Source: Bugula neritina (taxonomy: Eukaryota > Animalia > Bryozoa). From it: DNA of 64,000 bases. The notes under the pieces were generated by a model, which was given only the letters and a program-made list of their open reading frames with translations, ran no database searches and was not told the DNA's origin. Every line of letters starts with the position of its first letter. The stretch's first letter is position 1. Positions 25,552 to 37,300 of the stretch are shown piece after piece. The stretch lies in NCBI GenBank assembly GCA_964035545.1, contig OZ037766.1, positions 15,862,722-15,926,721 on the forward strand, written 5' to 3'. A program made the translations under genes and the position numbers.

Positions 25552-26645
25552 TCTTTTTATTTGTTTAATTTACAGGTGGCCAGGTGATAATAATGGATAT
25601 TTGGAAAGACAAAGCCAGCGGGCCTCTTCATATAATTCACCTTGGCTATGGGGCGGGTAGCTTCATCGTCCCACAAATAGTAAAAGGTTTCATTAGCGAG
25701 AAGTTACCCAGTGATGACACAGCTGTAACAAACCCAGCTTGCGAAGAAGCAGCTACTTTTCTCAATACTACAAACGAATTTGATTTCAACAACACTCTGA
25801 CAGCTAACACATCTTTGGCTAACACAACACTAGTTAATTCAACTACAGTTTTTCCGACCACCACTGTTGAAGAACAATCTCAGACTGTGCAATTTGGGTT
25901 TTTGATCATTTCAGGATGCATTGTCGGCATAGCATTGGTCTGGTTCTTCTTCTTCTTTTGCGATAGAAAAGAAAATGGTTCTTCGAACAAAAAAGAAGAG
26001 GTACAGAATAAAACCTCACTAAAGGAAATCTTTAACTTTAACACATGTTCCCCTGGTCACCCATACTTTGCTTTCTTACTTTATGTTATGCTCTTTTTCT
26101 GGATCTATATAGCTGTTGCTGGAGAGAGGATAGGAGCAAAGTATCTTTACTCTTATGCTAGAGGTTGGGCCTGTTTCAGTAAAGATGAGGCTGCAGATAT
26201 TTTGACTGCATATTGGATTTCATTCACCGCTGGTCGGTTCTTGGGCTTTGTGGCTGGTAACTTTATTCCCATGAAGTTCATTATATTTATTGAAGGCTTT
26301 GGCAACTTAGCATTCGCTATAGTTCTATTTTTCTTCGGAGAGAACAAATATGTACTATGGGTGTGCATATGTGGCCTAGGGCTCTTGATTGGTCCGTGTT
26401 ATCCTTCTGGACTAGCTTGGGCCAATCGGTACATGGTTGTCACGGCAACAGGCGTAACTGTATTGTCAGTGGCTGCTGGTGTGAGTGATTTATCCTTTCT
26501 AACTGCCATTGGGTATTTTGCAGAAAGGGTGGGTATTCAGATAATGACAACCTTCTTTTTAGGATATGGTATTGCTGTATCTGTTTTACCTATCGTAATG
26601 CAAAGCATAGCCTGCACGCGTGGTGATAGGTTTGAAAATAACTAA
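20603..26645 (+). CDS. MFS transporter, MFSD4/NaGLT1-like, paralog 2 (~497 aa, 4 coding exons)
   Basis: Exons 20603-20731, 21049-21175, 24757-24924 and 25576-26645. The internal exons (127 and 168 bp) match paralog 1 in length and phase; same motifs (GFWSEVNGATFQDL, GPCYPSGLAW, CTRGDRF). Confidence 0.9.
22566..22646 (+). mobile_element. tRNA-Ala-derived SINE head (family B)
   Basis: CCGTGGTGTAATAATTAGCGCACCTGCTTGCAAGCTGGAGGTC...GGGTTGGAATGCCAG, similar to the heads at 18471-18725. Confidence 0.65.
25463..25543. repeat. (TA)n microsatellite, about 40 units
   Basis: Pure TA run ending ~30 bp before the last acceptor of MFS paralog 2. Confidence 0.98.
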
Positions 26646-27725
26646 TGACGCAAAAAACGATGTCTTTCTTTTAGAATATCTTTACTTTGATTTCATTGAT
26701 TTTTGGATGCATAAATGCATTACATTTTGGTAATACTTTTTTTAATATATGCAAATTAGGATATTTTTGTGAAGACTCTATAATATAACTTTCAGCTAGA
26801 ACTTTTTCTTGCTGAATAAAATTTTCAACTGCTACCATACAACAAAGTGTCATTGCTGTGTAAAAAAAAGTATATTTCTTAATATCATTTACTAGTTATA
26901 ATACTTACTCATACTTATTACTTTTACAATACTACATTTATTCAAAATAAAACTAATCATAGCATATTTAAAGTTTGAGATTTCTTTCAATAGATATAAT
27001 GTTTTTATTTTACGTGTACTAGTAACTAGAAATCAAATTCATGTACTAGCTGTATGTACATTGCAAACGTGAAATATATAAAAAATTTAGAAAAGTGCAA
27101 GTATTATAAACTTGCATAAGCTAGCTATAGAATTGCACTATTTTTTACAAAAGCCTTTATTATACGCCAAGAAACTAAAACCTTTATTTTTATTTGAGTC
27201 TCACATTTCTTCAAAATAATGATTGAAATTTAAATTATAGACATGAATATTAAACTTTGACTCTTAACCAGTTAGTAAGGACTTATTGCCGTGTTTAAAG
27301 TAGCCAGTGTAGGCATTATATTGAGAAATTGATAGAATTCTAGAGGTGAGGGTGTTGCAGTGTCTAGAAATATGGCAAGAGAATAAAATGGTGTGTGCAA
27401 ATTTGCAACTTACAAAGCAAGTGTGGCAATATAGAAAAGTTTTAAAAAGGCTGTGCTCAAAGTGAAAAAGTTGCTAAAAAGCAATGTAGCTCTTTTAACA
27501 TTTTCAACTCACACACCAAACCAACTTTTCAAAGAGCAATTGAAGAACTTAGGCTATTCATAGTTTTCTATTAATTATGGCATTCTAGGGCAAATTATAA
27601 CACCAAATTGAAACTATGTCAATTTGATCATACAGTTATTATAATATAATCTATATGCATGCAATAACTGTCTATGCAAGCATAAATTACACAACAGCTG
27701 CATTAAAAGGCATATATGATGTAGT

Positions 27726-27796
27726 ATATAATATAATACAGTGCATGTCATGAGATATAATATAATACAGTGCATGTTATGTGGTATAATATGATA
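27726..27796. repeat. 29-bp minisatellite, about 2.5 copies
   Basis: Unit ATATAATATAATACAGTGCATGTCATGAG repeated. Confidence 0.7.
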
Positions 27797-28072
27797 TATT
27801 TGATAATCTTGATTTTATTGATATGCTTTGTGTGAAAGACAAAAAAAAATGGAAGAGATTTTGTTTGGATATCTATATGTTATGGATGTTTATGCTTTTA
27901 TATAGTTTAAAAATGCTAAAATTATTTACTTTTTACAGGTTCTAAATCAATTGTTGAAAACACATTAATGCACAACTTATCCTAAGACAAGTATAATATT
28001 TTTCTATTAAAATCACATGTATAAACCAAACCAGCATGCTATCCTGAAATCTATAAAATGAAAATCTTTATT

Positions 28073-29211
28073 TTAAGGCTGGTAAGCATATAATAGTTTT
28101 ATGAAAGGCAGCTCAGCCATGGCAAGTTGAATGCATGTTGAATTTGTATAACCTTCATGAGTCAGGAGGTATCCATAAACATCAGAGCCATACGGTTTAA
28201 ATCGGTTATCACCAACATAAATGTTTGGAACTACGGCTTTGATACAGTATTTCATCCATTCTTTCCTTGCTTTTCTTAGCAGCCTCTTTTCCTTCAGAAT
28301 GTAATATTTATTAGCTTCGATAATAGCTTCTAATTTTCTTTTAAAATGAGCGTAAAGCTTTACATCTGCTTCAGATTTTTTATAAAGTAGCATTTTGATT
28401 TTATCCTCATTTTCATGACTTACTCCACGTGCTGGTTTAAGTTTAACATAATGTTTCTTTTGATTTTGGCTGAAGTTAATAGCAAATGAGAGAATGTCAT
28501 CATTACTCCAGCCCAGCATGTCTCTCAGTATGATCAGAGACTCATCAAAGTATTCTACTACCATAACCAGATGAAACCTTTTGTCCAACATATCTATATA
28601 TTCATCGATAGCTTCTTGCGATGAAGAATGTTTATCTACAGAAAATCCTAAGTCAAACATCATTGGATTGCGGGCAGGAGCTCCACAAACCCATGATTCA
28701 TTTGACAAGCTGCTTATGACTTCAGCTAAACTCTTTTTAGCGCAGGCATACCAATTATAATAAATGTAGTAAGATCTTAACATTGTAAATGGTTCTCTAA
28801 CTGATGTGACAAAAAAGGTATCTTCTGGCATTACATTTGCAATATCTTTTGAGAAGACAGAATGAAAACATAGAATATCGGCTTTTTCCTTTTTATTTGG
28901 GCGCATGTGTGTCTTTGAAACGAAGGCATCTGGCCATCCTATTAGATTTGAATATCTTCTTGGTAGTATAAAAGTTAGATTATTTTTCAACCCATATCTC
29001 ATGAGTATATTCTGTATAGTAGAGCTACCACATTTGTGTGTTTTTATAAATGCTATGTGGTTGGCTGCACTGCTCCTTTTTGTTAGCCATGTATTTGAAT
29101 AGTTGCTTTTCCGTTCTCCATCGGCTGATTCTGTATTGTAAAATGACGGAGCAGAGGTTGAAGCTGGTACCATTGGATTGGTGCTCTTTACTCTCCAATT
29201 AACAGGGGTTT
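28073..29211 (-). CDS. Galactose-3-O-sulfotransferase (GAL3ST/cerebroside sulfotransferase)-like catalytic exon A; own first exon not identified
   Basis: 5'-PSB motif FIKTHKCGSSTIQNIL, 3'-PB VREPFTMLRSYY, NPMMFDLG, FHLVMVVEYFDESLIILR, D..LY.HF; open to the stop at 28073; phase-1 acceptor TTTGTAG| at 29211. Confidence 0.85.
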
Positions 29212-30553
29212 CTACAAATGCCATATAGTTGCATGTATACACAAAGGTGCCTTGCAAAAATTAGAGACAGTAGTAATTAAAATGAACCTAATATGGCTTT
29301 AAATTATATTGCCTTATGTTATAAAATAGTAGCAAAAGCTGAAAATTAAATTTTACACTACTGCAACAGTTTATTGTTCTCTAACCTAATAAAACATTGC
29401 AATGTATATTATAATGTGAAGTTATCTTATTTCTTCCACTGTATATTACAACTACATGTGAAATGCTAATCTTCAGGGGTCTAAACTGTAAGTATTCTCT
29501 ATTATACACAGCACAAAAAAAAATTGGCAGTGTGTAAAGATTAAACTGAAATAAAGATGCTTGACACTACTCTGATGCTTAATTTTATTTACCTTTTGTA
29601 AAGTGCTACAGCCATAAAGTATTATATATTATTCAGTATAGTTAGTTCAGTACCACGATGTCATGAGAGAATGTTTATGCATTATCAATCAGCATATCAG
29701 TAGTTAATGAGCAACCATGCATAGAGCACTGAGTGTAGAACCGATTTAAGCACAAAATTTTTGCAGGACAATTTGGCATTGTTCACCAGTTTTAATGTTT
29801 AAAAATTCAATGCCTTTTGTTTTGACCAATTACTTGCAGTAATGAGATTATATGCATGCATCTTAGAGGTGTAGAGGTGTAGAAGTGCAGGCAAGTTGTT
29901 AAGTTTTTAGTTATAAAGCACATAATAAAAGTAAATATATTATTGCTAGAAGGCATATAAGAGTTGTAAATATGAACATCAAACACTCCTTAAGGCTTTA
30001 TTAATACATAACAGAAAATGGAATAAAAAGAGCTAAGTTTCAGTTTATTTGTTGTCTATTAGTCAATGAAATTAACATCACCAAAGTGGCTCAGCAATAC
30101 TTTATTAGATGTTCATATATGAAAGAAATCCCACATTTTTGAACGCATGAGTGCCTGCAGTCTAATTACAATATTAGTCCCCTCACTCACATATTAAGGC
30201 TATCTGTTGCCTTTTGTCTAACCTATCGGTTAATAAAATTTAGATGCCGTAACACTAAAGCTTCCTACAAAGCAACAGCTACAGTTGTTTTAATAATTAT
30301 TAGATCAGTAAAGGAATTAATTATGATTACAGTATTAACTATTTTCGCTTATACTTAAATCAGCGAACATTTTCTTATAATTATAATGAAATCATATTTG
30401 TAGAAAGTAAAACGCTTGTGAATTTATTTTTGCCAAGTTTTAAGAGGTAGGTGTAAAATCTCAAAATAATATTATTAAGTGTGTAGTTGAAAAATGTCAA
30501 GTGTTGGCCTTTTAGAATTGCTATTGTCTGGCAGAAGATGATGCAATACATAT

Positions 30554-32428
30554 TTATGGCATCTCTCCAGCACCGAAAGTTTGGTATTGGTTCAAACGTT
30601 TCACAAACCAATGCTCAGACGTTGCTAGATCTACGCAAGTTTGATTTTTAAGACCCTCTTCACTAAGAACATATCCATAAAAGAAATATCCCTTGCCCTC
30701 AAATCTGTTATCTCTCAATAGTTCATTAGGCAATATGCTTTTTATACAAAATTCCATCCACCTTTGTTTAACAGTTTGTAATTTTAATTTTTCCTTTGTA
30801 ATATAGGCTTTATTTGCTTCTATGGTTGTCTCCAGTTTTTGTTTGAAATGGTAATATAACTTTGCATCTGCAATTGACCTTTCATAAAGGAAAGTTTTAC
30901 TTTCTTTATTATCAGACATATCTACACCTTCCATTGCTACTTCTCCAAAGGAATCATTGTTGTTTTTTCTGAAGTTGACAGCAAATGAAAGAATGTCATC
31001 ATTACTCCAGCCCAGCATGTCTCTCAGTATGATCAGAGACTCATCAAAGTATTCTACTATCATAACCAGATGAAACCTTTTGTCCAGCATTTCTATATAT
31101 TCATCAATAGCTTCTTGAGATGAAGAATGTTTATCTACAGGAAATCCCAAGTCAAACATCATTGGATTGTATGCGTTCATGCCACATATAACTGTTTGAC
31201 GTGGGAAACCAGCAATTATCTCTGTCAATGTTTTCTTAGAACAGCCTTTCCAGTTTTGATAGATATAAAAAGACCTTATCATTGAAAGGGGTTCTCTGAC
31301 AATAGTTAAATAGAATGTATCCTTCTTCATTGCTTCTGCAATATTTTCTGAAAACACTGAGTGAAAACACAGTATATCAGCTTTCTCAGCTTTTATTGGT
31401 CGCATGTGCTTGCTGGGATCAAACGAGTGTGGCCAGCCAACCTTGTTAGATAAATCTTTTGGTAGCACAAAAGTAAGGTTATTTCTTATCCCGTATCTCA
31501 TTAGAATGTTCTGTATGGTGGAACTGGCACATTTATGTGTTTTTATGAATGCTATGTGCTTTAAAGGAGCTTTTCTTCTCGAGAATTTATAATATGGTGT
31601 GACGAGTAGGTTTTTCTGAAGATAAAGCTTGGAAAATACAAGAGACGTTTTGTCATTTTCTTTAGTGTCTTCATTCCGCTTGCTGACAGATTTAATTCCT
31701 AAGTTAGACTGCATACCACCATGTGGAGGATAGCTATATTTGTTGTCAATAATTATACCTGAAATAGATATCAAACAATCTTCTGCATATTTGCAGAATG
31801 ACACGATTATCACATTAGATAACAAGTGCTGCGTCAGGTTACTCTAAGCCTGTAGCTGCTTGATATGCATGAATATAAGTTGGCCATTATAGCTTTAAAA
31901 AAACAATAGGGTATTATGTAAAGGCTAACTAGAAACATATTTATTTAAAAATAATATGTTTATATAGATAGTTGATATAATGTATTAAAAAATAAAATAA
32001 AATTTTTGCATTTATATATGTTGCATTTCTTAGCTCTTACACAGTCACCAAATGCCTTATTAATTAATAATCATTTTGAATTTGACTAATTTATTGTAAA
32101 TTCAAATTAGATAATATGCTCCTAGTAAACTTTTTCTCTAAACAGTCTGTAGCCAAGTAATGTAACTTTCAAAAAACTTTATAAATTGATACTTTGTATT
32201 GGTTAATGGTCATAAAGTACATAATTATAAAAGTATGCCTTCATGAGACAAAGCTTCTAACCTTTAAACATCAGGCTGCTGCTTAGATATAACAAACTCA
32301 CCTGTTTGCTCTGTAGTTTTGGTTTCATTAGAATAAATAGTATTTCTCCCATAATATGCTATACAAGTCAGAGTAGCTAGCAACAAACATAATTTGAAGA
32401 ATTTTTTATTTGAACAACTAAACCTCAT
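30554..32428 (-). CDS. GAL3ST-like sulfotransferase B (type II Golgi membrane protein, ~443 aa, 2 exons)
   Basis: Exon 1, 32428-32302 (MRFSCSNKKFFKLCLLLATLTCIAYYG, signal anchor; donor G|GTGAGT, phase 1), joins exon 2, 31758-30554 (ATTTCAG| acceptor), which has FIKTHKCASSTIQNIL and REPLSMIRSFY. Confidence 0.9.
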
Positions 32429-34309
32429 GGCAACATACGTATATTCATACACCGCAGGTGGCTACTAGACTAGTATACTTTACAGCACACTAGTTGATGG
32501 ACAAATAAAATATCTAATCAATAAGTTAGTATATGGGCCTACAGCGAAAATAGAAGAAAATGAAAGTTAGACAATACCTATTCAATAGATTAACAAAAGA
32601 TGCCCATTATTATAGCGTTATACTGATTATGCTGTGAAGTTTGTTTTTCAAATCATAGAGTATAGTGCTTAAGCAATCGAATAACAAACGTTTGCTTTAC
32701 TTTGCTCTACTTTGCTTTACTCGTACTGTGGTGGTGATTGGGTGAAATTGAAAAACAAGCTTATGTTTGGCCTAACTATTTAAACATAAATATTTTAAGC
32801 TGCCATTTTTACTATTCAAATACCTGGTTTTTCTAGGGTCTGAAATCTAATTGGAAAAGTCTATAATTAATTATGATTCTGTATTTTTGCTACTTAAAAA
32901 TTGCATCAGTTTGATGTTTATATTTGGTTTTTAAAACGGCAATTATAACTTTAAGCTTTTAGCTTGCTGATAATGACAATAGTCAATGTACAGCAAACAA
33001 TTTAGTGTTTTTATTTCCCAAAAAAAGAACCCAATGTTATCATATATTTTGATGATGCCTCTGTATAATCAAGCCATTACCTATAAAGTGATTAGTAACT
33101 ATTATTATAGTTATATTAAATGCTTTTTTAATAATATAATATTTCTTTATTATAAACTGTTAAAGAGAAACATTGCACTTGTATGATAAGTATACTTACT
33201 GCATTATATTTTGTAAGTGTAATCATTTGTAGCTAAACTGACTACTAGATTCATTTGACAAGCTGCTTATGGCTTCAACTAAACATTATTGGATTAAAAA
33301 CTTTCCTTTTGCAAACATCATTTTCATTTGAAATTTTTTTATAGTTTCAACTAGTGTCTGTTTGGAGCATAAATGCAAATGATACTAAACATGGAAAGAC
33401 TGAAGCAGAGCTAAAGTTTATAAAATGATTTATAAAGTGGTGCATCAAATTGCCACCTTAATTGCACAAATAATTTATATACCTAGCCTCTAAAGTCAAT
33501 ACTCAATCTAGCAATTGCAACCAATTAACAGAAGCTACATTTTTGACATAGTGCAAATTAAAAGCAATTAGAGTATAAGTTAGAGTTATCAACAAAAAAA
33601 ACAAATTGTCTTTTCATAACATGGAATTTGGAAACTAGTATGTATTGACAGTAACCTATGTAAGTCATTAATCTAGGGGGCCTTTGAAACCACAATATGT
33701 GCAGTGCTGGTATAGAAAGGTAAACTTGCTCCGCATTACACCTATATGAGATAGTTGAGGGTGGCTACTATTAAAAATGCAGTAAGCTTGGCTCTTTTGC
33801 TGCTAGCCATTTAGTCATGTAAAAGCTATGCGTTTGCTCTCTGTTTAATAAATATACCACTGATCAGGCTCATATTTTATGCCACAGCTTAAAAAGTATA
33901 TCGCGTTTCAGTTAAGTTCATGCCTCAGAGGACCCCTTTATGGATTATAGCTAAAACTTAAGTTGAAGTAATACTGATGTACTTAGGAGCTGTTGAGGAG
34001 AAATGCATTTAAAACGAAATGTTTCATTAAAGCTAATGTTAGAAGTTATCTTTCATATGCCTAACTACTAAAACTACTTTTATTGACAAAACTAGCTCAA
34101 ATTAGATTAGCAAGCAGTATTCAGAAAACAATTAATGATTAGACTAAAATATTTTAGGAATAATACAATTATTGTAATTTGTAATAATGTAGCCTAATAA
34201 CATGAAAATATTATTACGTTGATCGCTAATTTTGTATAGAGTTGTCCTACCTGATTTTATGTTCCTTTTTGAGAACTACAGAAATAAAAGTCAGTCACAT
34301 GATTACAAC

Positions 34310-37300
34310 ATGGCTTCGCTGCCGCCTCCTCCTCCACCGCCACCTCTTCCAAGTAGTTTCGATACAGATTCAATATCACCTGCACCTTCTGTATGTATTT
34401 ACATATTTTGTAAGAACACATAATGTTTACTGTTTACGTTTATGTTTATGTTTATGTATTTAGTTTTAAATCGATCATCATTAAATTTAATCATTATGAT
34501 TATCATAATCATTGACATTAGTCTTAGAGTTTAGACATTATCATTATGATTATCATTATGATTATCAATATTATTATGAATTTTTTTTTACTTTTTAACT
34601 TTCACTCTCAGGCTTACACTTACTCTTAGACTAAGACTAAACCGAAAAATTCTAATACCGATAGGCAATACTGTAATAGTAACACTAATACTGAATAGTA
34701 ATAGTTGTACTTTAACCTATGCTTATACTTATACTTATAGTTATACTTATACTTATACTTATACTTATAGTATTACTCAAGATTACAGTTACTAAAACTA
34801 ATCTTTTAGTTTTTAGTTATACTAATTCGAATTATGTTTAGTAATAAATCTATTGGCTATTGCCTTTGGCTGATAAGCAATATTAATAAATTTTTATTAT
34901 ATTAATGTTTAATATATTTATTAATCATTAATCATTAATAAATGTACCTCTACTCATACATGCCATAGTCATGCTGAAACTGATGTTGAGGCTGATACTA
35001 TCAGCACCAGCATGAGTATGACTATGACTATTACTATTAGTCTTAGGGACTGACAAGTGATACTGATACTCATACTGTTTTTCTTAGTTTTATGCTTAAA
35101 GTCCCTGTCACTCTCAAGTAATAAAGTTTTGTGATAGTCATAAACAGATAACGTTAAACTAAAAGATTCTTCGTCAATCATTATAACTATAAGTGTGACT
35201 GTAAAAGTATTATTCATATTCATTGTATTCACTATTCAGACTCCAACTCATTGAGTTTGACAGATTGATTTTGAGTCATACTTATAGTCAAGCTCAGAGT
35301 GAGATAGATACTGATACTCATACTATCATGTTATAGTATTACAATGACTACGAGTATAAGTATTACTATCAGTATGGCTATGAGTATAACTCAATGAAAG
35401 TAGTCTACTGATTGGGAGTAGTTGGTTCTGATACTATAACTAATACTATTTTCATCAGTATAAGTATTAAATTGGTATTGAGTCTATTACCATTAGCATT
35501 AGTATTTGGCAAATAGACTGAATCAGTCTAATGCTAATAGTATGGCTATAGACTCAGTATTAGTATTACTGTGCTACTGATGGAGAGTGACTAAGAGTAA
35601 GTGATACTAATAGTGATGGGAAATGTCAGCCATCAGTGTTGGTATGTTTATCAATAAGAGTATTGAATATGGCTATCCCTATGATTATCAATCATTCAAT
35701 CTACAAACCCACTAGTAAATATTAGAACACAGATAATTTACACATATGTAAACTATGGAGAAATTAACGAAATCCCATGTTCTAGATTAAAAATGTAGCA
35801 GAAGAAGTTGTCTTCGCAAAAATTTCAACCGCATCCCAAATCAAACTTTGTTGCAAAAATTAAGGAGCTTGAGCTATTAAACTTTCTCTACAAACTTTGA
35901 AACTCGAATGCATTTACTCTGTTTTATTTTTTGAATTTTAATTAGTGAATTAAATCTGTTTGATTAATAGTAATTTAATAGTAATTTAATAATAACTTTA
36001 AACTGGTGATTACTATGTTTTTAATAGTTATTTTATCAGCAGTTTTCAAGTAAGAGGTTTCTTAGCACTCCAACATGACGCTTGAGAAGCTTTTGTTATT
36101 TTTGACCTATTGGCTTGTGTCTTCGAGTTAATCCTGTCGCTCAATATCTTCATGTAAGTATATTTTCTGTGTAAAAGATACCTACCGTACCTTCTCAAAA
36201 TACTGAGCCCGTGCCAGATGCTAACCAATCAGCTAATGTGGCCTCTGAGACTGAAAAATCATGGGAAAAGCCATGGAATCCAAGCACGGTTAGGGCTCAT
36301 GCTAAAAATTGGTCACTGGCTGGAGATACAGGTGTAAGTTTATATACAAATTTATTGTAGCTAATTGTTGGAAATAACATCATTGGATTCACATGTTGTT
36401 ACTGTTTAACCATTATGTCTTGCTTAATATGTAGTCATTAAGGTTTTGTCGGCTTTTTAAAATTTGAGAAAATCCCAGTTGTGCTATTACTTTGTACTGG
36501 ATCCTAGTTTCAGCAATTGCTGCTTTTCAATAAATACATTCCTATATGTATATTTTCTATTTAGTAAAATTATTTATTCACATTTCTGAGATTAAATTTT
36601 ACTACTCCATTTCTCAACAAAGAAAAGTAATGAAAAGCTGTATGCATTCATTTGTATAAACAGTTGCTATACTGTGGAAACGATAAACCAAAGTTGACTT
36701 TTATCACTCTAGTTGCTGCTGTATCTCAAGGAAATGTCCAAAGACCTGATATCACGAACACATACTCTTGGGAAGGAAATAGATGAATTGTCAGCAAACA
36801 TTAAGGTAAGACAGCAGTGACTAAGTTATCTTTCCTTCATACTGATAAAATAATTTTTCTTCTGTGTAGTTGCTAAGTTTGTAGCCTGCATTGTGTTATT
36901 TTTATTGTACTGTAAAAATATTTTTGTAATTAACCATTAAGTTTAGTTTTTATTAGATTTTTACTGATTTTTCTGCTAACTTCTGAGTTTTCATATGCTT
37001 CTACCAATTATCATACTTTATATAGACTTGCGAAGTGAACACCAACAATACCTTCAACGAGTTCATAACCTTGGCCAACACTCAATTTGTAGAAAATGTA
37101 AGTATTTGAATGCAATTACAAGTAATATTTGATGTGTTGCACTACTTGGATTTCTGAAAAAAAGGTGCCAAAAATGTCCAGCTGGATGAATGTGTAGCTA
37201 TCCTACTAAATTACAGCTTTGTTATACACCAGGCAACTATAAGACAGTTTGCTTTGAGGGTCTAAACTGTGCACAGTTTTGACTGATTTTTAAATACATT

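Noticed and set aside
25418-25660. ORF with a YIYIYI run
   Set aside because: Translation of the (TA)n microsatellite.
29593-29779. Dedicated first exon for GAL3ST copy A
   Set aside because: A donor and an ATG exist, but the ATG frame ends at TAA and the phase-1 frame has TAG just before the donor.
34969-35232. Hydrophobic ORF in WASHC2 intron 1
   Set aside because: By-product of the hexamer-periodic tract (alternating residues).
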